From Deferrisomatales bacterium (GTDB lineage: Bacteria > Desulfobacterota > Deferrisomatia > Deferrisomatales > JACRMM01), in the NCBI GenBank assembly GCA_033551855.1, contig JAWSUI010000050.1, positions 1 to 26,445 on the forward strand: DNA of 26,445 nucleotides, written 5' to 3'. The notes under the pieces are model-generated. The model searched no databases. It was given only the letters and a program-made list of their open reading frames with translations, and was not told the origin of the DNA. Shown piece after piece: positions 21,513-26,445 of the stretch. The position numbers and the translations under genes were made by a program. Numbering within the stretch: position 1 is the stretch's first letter; every line of letters begins with the position of its first letter.

Positions 21513-21932
21513 TCAGGCCAGGTCCTTGCCCGTGGTGGAGGTGACGAGCTTGCCGTGCTTGACCCCCTTGGTGCCGATCAGCTCGTCGGCCAGCCGCCGC
21601 ACCTCGGCGGTCCTGCCCCGCACGACCACCACCTCCAGGCAGTGGTGGGCGTCCAGGTGCACGTGGAGGGCCGAGACGATGGAGCCGTGGTGGCTGTGCT
21701 GCTGCTCGGTGAGCTTGTCCGAGAGGTCCCGGGTGTGGTGGTCGTACACCAGGGTCACCGTGCCGACGATCTCCTCGTCGGACCGGGACCACTGGTCCTC
21801 GACCAGGGCGTTGCGGATCAGGTCCCGCACGGCCTCGGAGCGGTTGACATACCCCTTCCGGCCGATCAGCTCGTCGAAGCGCTGGAGGAGGCGGTCGTCG
21901 ATGGAGATGCCGAAGCGAACGATCTCTGCCAC
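21513..21932 (-). CDS. nikR: Nickel-responsive regulator NikR
   Basis: RFGISID...[14 protein letters not shown] (ribbon-helix-helix), [18 protein letters not shown]. Confidence 0.95.
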   Translation of the reverse strand: MAEIVRFGISIDDRLLQRFDELIGRKGYVNRSEAVRDLIRNALVEDQWSRSDEEIVGTVTLVYDHHTRDLSDKLTEQQHSHHGSIVSALHVHLDAHHCLEVVVVRGRTAEVRRLADELIGTKGVKHGKLVTSTTGKDLA

Positions 21933-21992
21933 GGTGTGCCTCCCCCTGAGGGCGGACGGTGCTGCCCTGTGTAGACCAGACGGCGGAAGGGG

Positions 21993-23705
21993 TCAAGAGG
22001 GGGGAGGCCGGCGGCGCGCCTTCTTGGGGAGCGCCCACCCGGAAGGCCGGCCCCCGGCCTTCGGGGGTTTCGCTTTCCTCGCCCGGTCGGGCTTTCGTTC
22101 GCCTTCCCCGGCGGCCGGCCGGATCTTCACCGGGCGGCCCCGCAACGTGCTCCGGGCCATGCGCTGCAGGACCTGGGCCTGGTAGCGCAGGGGCACCTCC
22201 ACGAAGGTGAAGCTCTCGTAGACGTCGATGGTCCCGATCTCCCGCCCCGGGACCCCCGCCTCGTTGGCGATGGCGCCCACCACGTCGGCGGGGCGGACCC
22301 CGGCACGGCTCCCGGCGGCGAGGAAGAGCCGCACCATGCCCTCCTCGGCTCGGGGTACCTCCTCGGGCTCCGGCTCCACCCCGACCTCCAACGGCTTGTC
22401 CCCCAGGGCCACCCGGGCCGCGGCCGCCGCCACCTCCGCCAGGTCGAACCCCCCCTCCAGGGCGAGCTCCTCCACCAGGTTGAGGTAGACGTCGAGCTCC
22501 CCCTGGCGCAGCACGTCCCGCAGGCGGTCCTTGAAGAGGGAGACGGTGCGGGCGGCCACGTCGGCCCGGGTGGGCAGGCGCATGGCCGTGAGGCGCCGGC
22601 CGGTGTAACGCTCGATCTCCCGCATCATCCGCTGCTCCCGGGGGGTGACGAAGAGCACGGCGACCCCGGCCCTCCCCGCCCGGCCCGTGCGGCCGATCCG
22701 GTGCACGTAGGCCTCCACGTCGTAGGGGATGTCGTAGTTGACCACGTGGGTGATGTGGCCCACGTCGAGCCCGCGGGCCGCCACGTCGGTCGCCACCACC
22801 ACCTCCACCTTGCGGGCGCGCAACCGGCGCACCAAGGCCTCCCGCTGTATCTGGCTCAGGTCCCCGTGGAGCGCCTCGGCGGCCCAACCCCTGGCCTCGA
22901 GCTTCTGGGCGAGCTCGGCCGCCCCGGTCTTCGTGCGGGTAAAGACCAGGACCGCTTCGCTGGGCTCGGCCCCCAGGATCCGGGTCAGGGCATCGACCTT
23001 CTGGCCCTCGGAGAGATTCAGGTACCGCTGCTCCACTGCGGGGACCGTCAGGGCCCGCTGGGAGAGCTCCACCGCGACGGGGTCCCGGAGGTGCGCGCGG
23101 GCGATCCGGCGGATCTGGGGGGGCATGGTCGCGGAGAAGAGCGCGGTCTGGCGGGAGGCCGGGGACTGGGACAGGATCCACTCCACGTCTTCCAGGAACC
23201 CCATGCGCAACATCTCGTCGGCTTCGTCCAGCACCAGCAGGCGCAGGCCTTCCAGGCGCAGGCTCCCCCGGCGCAGGTGGTCCATCACCCGGCCCGGCGT
23301 GCCGACCACCACCTGGGCGCCCCGCTGGAGCCCCCGCAGCTGGTTGGGGTAGGGCTGGCCGCCGTAGATCGGGAGGACGGCCAGCCGCCCCAGGTGGCGG
23401 GAGTACGTGTGCACGGCCTCGGCCACCTGGAGGGCGAGCTCACGGGTGGGCACGAGCACCAGCCCCTGGACCCTGCCGAGCCCGAGGTCCACCGCTTGCA
23501 GCAGCGGCAGGGCGAAGGCGGCGGTCTTCCCGGTCCCGGTCTGTGCCTGCCCGATCAGGTCCCGCCCCGCGAGGAGGGGAGGGATGGTGGCCGACTGGAT
23601 CGGGGTCGGAGCCTCGTACCCCACGTCGGAGAGGGCCCGCAAGAGAGCCTCGCTCAGGCCGAGCTGCTCGAAGGTGGCTTCCCCGGGCGGGTTTGCGACG
23701 GTCAT
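21993..23705 (-). CDS. deaD: DEAD-box RNA helicase DeaD/CsdA with a C-terminal DbpA RNA-binding domain
   Basis: PTPIQ, AQTGTGKT, PTRELA, DEADEM, SAT, ARGLD, HRIGRTGRAG, VGAIANE. ATG at 23705. Confidence 0.93.
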   Translation of the reverse strand: MTVANPPGEATFEQLGLSEALLRALSDVGYEAPTPIQSATIPPLLAGRDLIGQAQTGTGKTAAFALPLLQAVDLGLGRVQGLVLVPTRELALQVAEAVHTYSRHLGRLAVLPIYGGQPYPNQLRGLQRGAQVVVGTPGRVMDHLRRGSLRLEGLRLLVLDEADEMLRMGFLEDVEWILSQSPASRQTALFSATMPPQIRRIARAHLRDPVAVELSQRALTVPAVEQRYLNLSEGQKVDALTRILGAEPSEAVLVFTRTKTGAAELAQKLEARGWAAEALHGDLSQIQREALVRRLRARKVEVVVATDVAARGLDVGHITHVVNYDIPYDVEAYVHRIGRTGRAGRAGVAVLFVTPREQRMMREIERYTGRRLTAMRLPTRADVAARTVSLFKDRLRDVLRQGELDVYLNLVEELALEGGFDLAEVAAAAARVALGDKPLEVGVEPEPEEVPRAEEGMVRLFLAAGSRAGVRPADVVGAIANEAGVPGREIGTIDVYESFTFVEVPLRYQAQVLQRMARSTLRGRPVKIRPAAGEGERKPDRARKAKPPKAGGRPSGWALPKKARRRPPPS

Positions 23706-23948
23706 GGGACCTCGGAATCGAAGGGCGCCGGGCTCTCGGGTACGAGACGAAGCCGCCCGCGCCCCCGACGGGGCGGGGCGGCTTGCAGCCGTCCCGAAGC
23801 GGGCGAGAAGCCGGAATCCACCAACATCTTTGGGCGGGGCCGGGGAGCCCCGGAGCGCAGGCGCGGGCCGCATCGACCGAGGAGTGAAACCTGGTGGAAA
23901 CCGGTGACGCTCGGCGCACCGGTTTCCCCTGGGAACCCCCTTCGAAAC

Positions 23949-23993
23949 GCCGCGGATTGCGCGGCGGAGAGCAGGAAGTCCCCGGCCCCGCTC
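23949..23993 (+). repeat. 45-bp twin-hairpin dispersed repeat, copy 2
   Basis: 41/45 identical to 6332-6376. Confidence 0.75.
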
Positions 23994-24025
23994 ACCGGCC
24001 GGATGGCGGAACCAGGGGAGCCGGC

Positions 24026-24709
24026 CTACTCGACCTCGATCGTGACCTTCTCCAGCTTCAGGGGCTCCTTGGTCCGGCCGCTCTGGGAGCCGGCGGCCTC
24101 CAGGGCCTTGAGGGTGTCCATCCCCTCCACCACCTCCCCGTAGATGGTGTGCTTTCCGTCGAGCCAGGGGGTGGGGACGAAGGTGAGGAAGAACTGGCTC
24201 CCGTCGGTGTTGGGCCCGCGGTTCGCCATGGAGAGCAGCCCCGGGCGGTCGTGTTTGACGTTCGGGCTGAACTCGCCGCCGTACTCGTAGCCGGGGCCGC
24301 CGGTGCCCGTGCCCAGGGGGCACCCGCCCTGGGCCATGAAGCCGGTGATGACCCGGTGGAAGGCGAGGTCGTCGTAGAACCCGAGCTGGGTCAGGTAGAG
24401 GAAGCTCGTGACGTGCATGGGCGCCACCTCGGGCATCATGCGGATCCGGATGGGGCCCTTGGTCGTGACCATGCGGACGTAGTACTTGCGGGCCGGGTCG
24501 AAGGACACCGCCTGCGGCTTGGGCAGGGAGGTCTTCCAGTTGGGCTTCGACGTGTCGACGCCGGCCTTCTGGACCAGTTCCTGGATGGCTTTCATGGCGG
24601 GATCCTCCTTGGCTGCTCCGGCATCCTGGGCGTCGCAGACGGTGAGGAACCCGAACACGAGCGCGATGGCGGAAAGGGTGGTCGTGGCGAGCAGAAGGCG
24701 GCGGTTCAT
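24026..24709 (-). CDS. Exported cyclophilin-type peptidyl-prolyl isomerase
   Basis: Signal peptide, FHRVITGFMAQGG, LSMANRGPNTDGSQFFLT, WLDGKHTIYGEV. GGAGG RBS. Confidence 0.92.
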   Translation of the reverse strand: MNRRLLLATTTLSAIALVFGFLTVCDAQDAGAAKEDPAMKAIQELVQKAGVDTSKPNWKTSLPKPQAVSFDPARKYYVRMVTTKGPIRIRMMPEVAPMHVTSFLYLTQLGFYDDLAFHRVITGFMAQGGCPLGTGTGGPGYEYGGEFSPNVKHDRPGLLSMANRGPNTDGSQFFLTFVPTPWLDGKHTIYGEVVEGMDTLKALEAAGSQSGRTKEPLKLEKVTIEVE

Positions 24710-24968
24710 GGGGTCCTCCGGGGGGGGCGGGACGAGAAACGGGGGCGTTCCGATCGGGCAGGGATGATACCCGCATCCCGGGGCTCACCACAACCGCCCG
24801 CACACCGCCCGCACCCCGCCCGCACCCCGGGATCCGCCCCCCGACACGTGCCCGGGGCCGGGGAGCCCCTGCGGGGCGTTGAAGGGGGGAGCGGAGTCGG
24901 GCACACTGCGGTCCCATGAGCGAGCGCCTGGACATCCCCCACGGTCGCGGCGGCCGGCCGAGCCCCCC

Positions 24969-26445
24969 GTGAGCCCCCCCCGCGCCGACTCCCCGGCCGC
25001 AGGGGGCCCGTCGGAGGAGTGGCTCGAGCCCCCTCGGCCCACCGGTCCCGCGGATTTCTCCTGCGCCCTCGTGTATCCCAACCGCCACGCCGTGGGCATG
25101 GCGAACCTCGGGTTCCAGGCCGTCTTCGGCCTCCTGGGGGGCCTCCCGGGGTCCGTGTGCCACCGGGCCTTCGCGGATCAGCCGCGGACCCTGGAAGCCG
25201 GCCGGTCCCTGGGCGAGTACGACGCCGTTGCCCTGAGCCTGTCCTTCGAGGGGGACTACCCGGAGGCCCTCGCCCTCCTGGAACGGGGGGGCGTTCCCCT
25301 GCGCACCGCGGACCGGACGAAGGACCACCCCTTCGTCTTCGCCGGGGGCGTGGGGGTCAGCCTCAATCCCGAACCCCTGGCGCCCTTCCTGGACGCCGTG
25401 TACGTCGGGGAGGCCGAGGCCGGGCTCGGGGCGCTCCACGCCTTTTTCCGGGCCCACCGGGACCTGCCCCGGCCCGAGCTCCTGGGCGAGCTGGCCCGGG
25501 CGCGGCTGCCGGGGGTCTACGTGCCCTCGCGGTACGTGGCTCCCCCGGAAGGAGGGCCTCCCCGGCCGCTGGGTCCGGAGCCCCCCACCGTGGACCGGGT
25601 CTGGGCGCCGCTTCCCTGGGACCCGGCCCGGACCCGGGTGCGCGCCGCCGTCGATGCCTTCGGGGGGGCGTACCTCCTGGAGGTGAGCCGGGGCTGCCCC
25701 CACGCTTGCCGGTTCTGCGCGGCGGGGTACGCGACGCGGCCTGCCCGCTTCCTGCCTTTCGAGGTCCTCGAGCCCCGCGCCCGCTTCGGTGCCCGGAGGA
25801 CGGGCCGCGTGGGCCTGGTGGGGGCCGCGGTCTCCGACCACCCCGACCTGGGCCGGCTCGCGCGGGCGATCCTGGACGAGGGCGCGGGGTTCACGGTCTC
25901 CTCCTTCCGGGCGGAGAACCTGGACCCCGGGGTCCTCGACCTCCTGGTCCGGGGTGGGCTCCAGACCCTCACGGTGGCCCTGGAGGCCGGCACGGAGCGC
26001 CTGCGCCGCCTCCTGGGCAAGGGGCTCTCCGAGCAGAACTTGCTGGAGGCGGCGCGTCTCGCCGGGGAGGCGGGTATCAAGAACCTGCGCGTCTACGCGA
26101 TGGTGGGCCTGCCCACCGAGACCGACGAAGACGTGGCTGCCGTCGCCCGGGCGGCCGTCCGGGCGCGGGCCGCCCTCGGCGGGGGCTCGGTTACCGTGAG
26201 CGCCGCCCCCTTCGTGCCGAAGCCCCACACCCCGCTCCAGTGGGAGCCCATGGCCCCCGAGGCGGTGCTGCGGTCCCGCTTGCGGCTCCTCCAGAGCCTC
26301 TGCGGGCGGGAGAAGGGGGTCCGCGCCGTGGGGGAGACCCCCAAGTGGGCCCGGGTCCAGGGCCTCCTGTCCCGGGGGGGCCGGGAGGTCGCCGACCTCC
26401 TCGAGGCCGCCGTCCGCACCGGCGACTGGCGGGCCGCCCTGCGGT
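24969..26445 (+). CDS. Radical SAM protein (partial, runs off the window; start uncertain)
   Basis: Not in the ORF track because it has no stop in the window. The frame reads ALVYPNRHAVGMANLGFQ...SLSFEGDY...NPEPLAPFLD...LEVSRGCPHACRFC (CxxxCxxC)...YAMVGLPTET...PFVPKPHTPLQW. Confidence 0.88.
   Translation, partial: MSPPRADSPAAGGPSEEWLEPPRPTGPADFSCALVYPNRHAVGMANLGFQAVFGLLGGLPGSVCHRAFADQPRTLEAGRSLGEYDAVALSLSFEGDYPEALALLERGGVPLRTADRTKDHPFVFAGGVGVSLNPEPLAPFLDAVYVGEAEAGLGALHAFFRAHRDLPRPELLGELARARLPGVYVPSRYVAPPEGGPPRPLGPEPPTVDRVWAPLPWDPARTRVRAAVDAFGGAYLLEVSRGCPHACRFCAAGYATRPARFLPFEVLEPRARFGARRTGRVGLVGAAVSDHPDLGRLARAILDEGAGFTVSSFRAENLDPGVLDLLVRGGLQTLTVALEAGTERLRRLLGKGLSEQNLLEAARLAGEAGIKNLRVYAMVGLPTETDEDVAAVARAAVRARAALGGGSVTVSAAPFVPKPHTPLQWEPMAPEAVLRSRLRLLQSLCGREKGVRAVGETPKWARVQGLLSRGGREVADLLEAAVRTGDWRAALR

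Overview
A very GC-rich bacterial chromosomal window. The gene content suggests an anaerobic or microaerophilic deltaproteobacterium-like host (inference only). It is mostly housekeeping. In order: a frameshifted AbrB/MazE-type antitoxin remnant; a four-helix-bundle 'suffix domain' gene bracketed by 9-bp-period inverted repeat arrays; mgtC; yedF and selD (selD has an in-frame UGA read as selenocysteine plus a SECIS-like hairpin, which the ORF track misses); vanZ; a family-4 uracil-DNA glycosylase; the hflK-hflC-queA-tgt-yajC-secD-secF-recJ operon; an OmpA/OprF-like protein; perR-katG; nikR-cbiQ-cbiO with no S component; deaD; a cyclophilin; and a radical SAM gene that runs off the end. The least expected signal is intergenic. 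Three short non-coding elements (78, 209 and 159 bp) have ends that all read GG-N4-TCCG-N10-GGGT, and each is flanked by its own 8-bp direct repeat, which points to a MITE family (ISL3-like by inference) with variable hairpin cargo. There are also several REP-like repeat families and a hairpin whose loop carries an anti-Shine-Dalgarno sequence.
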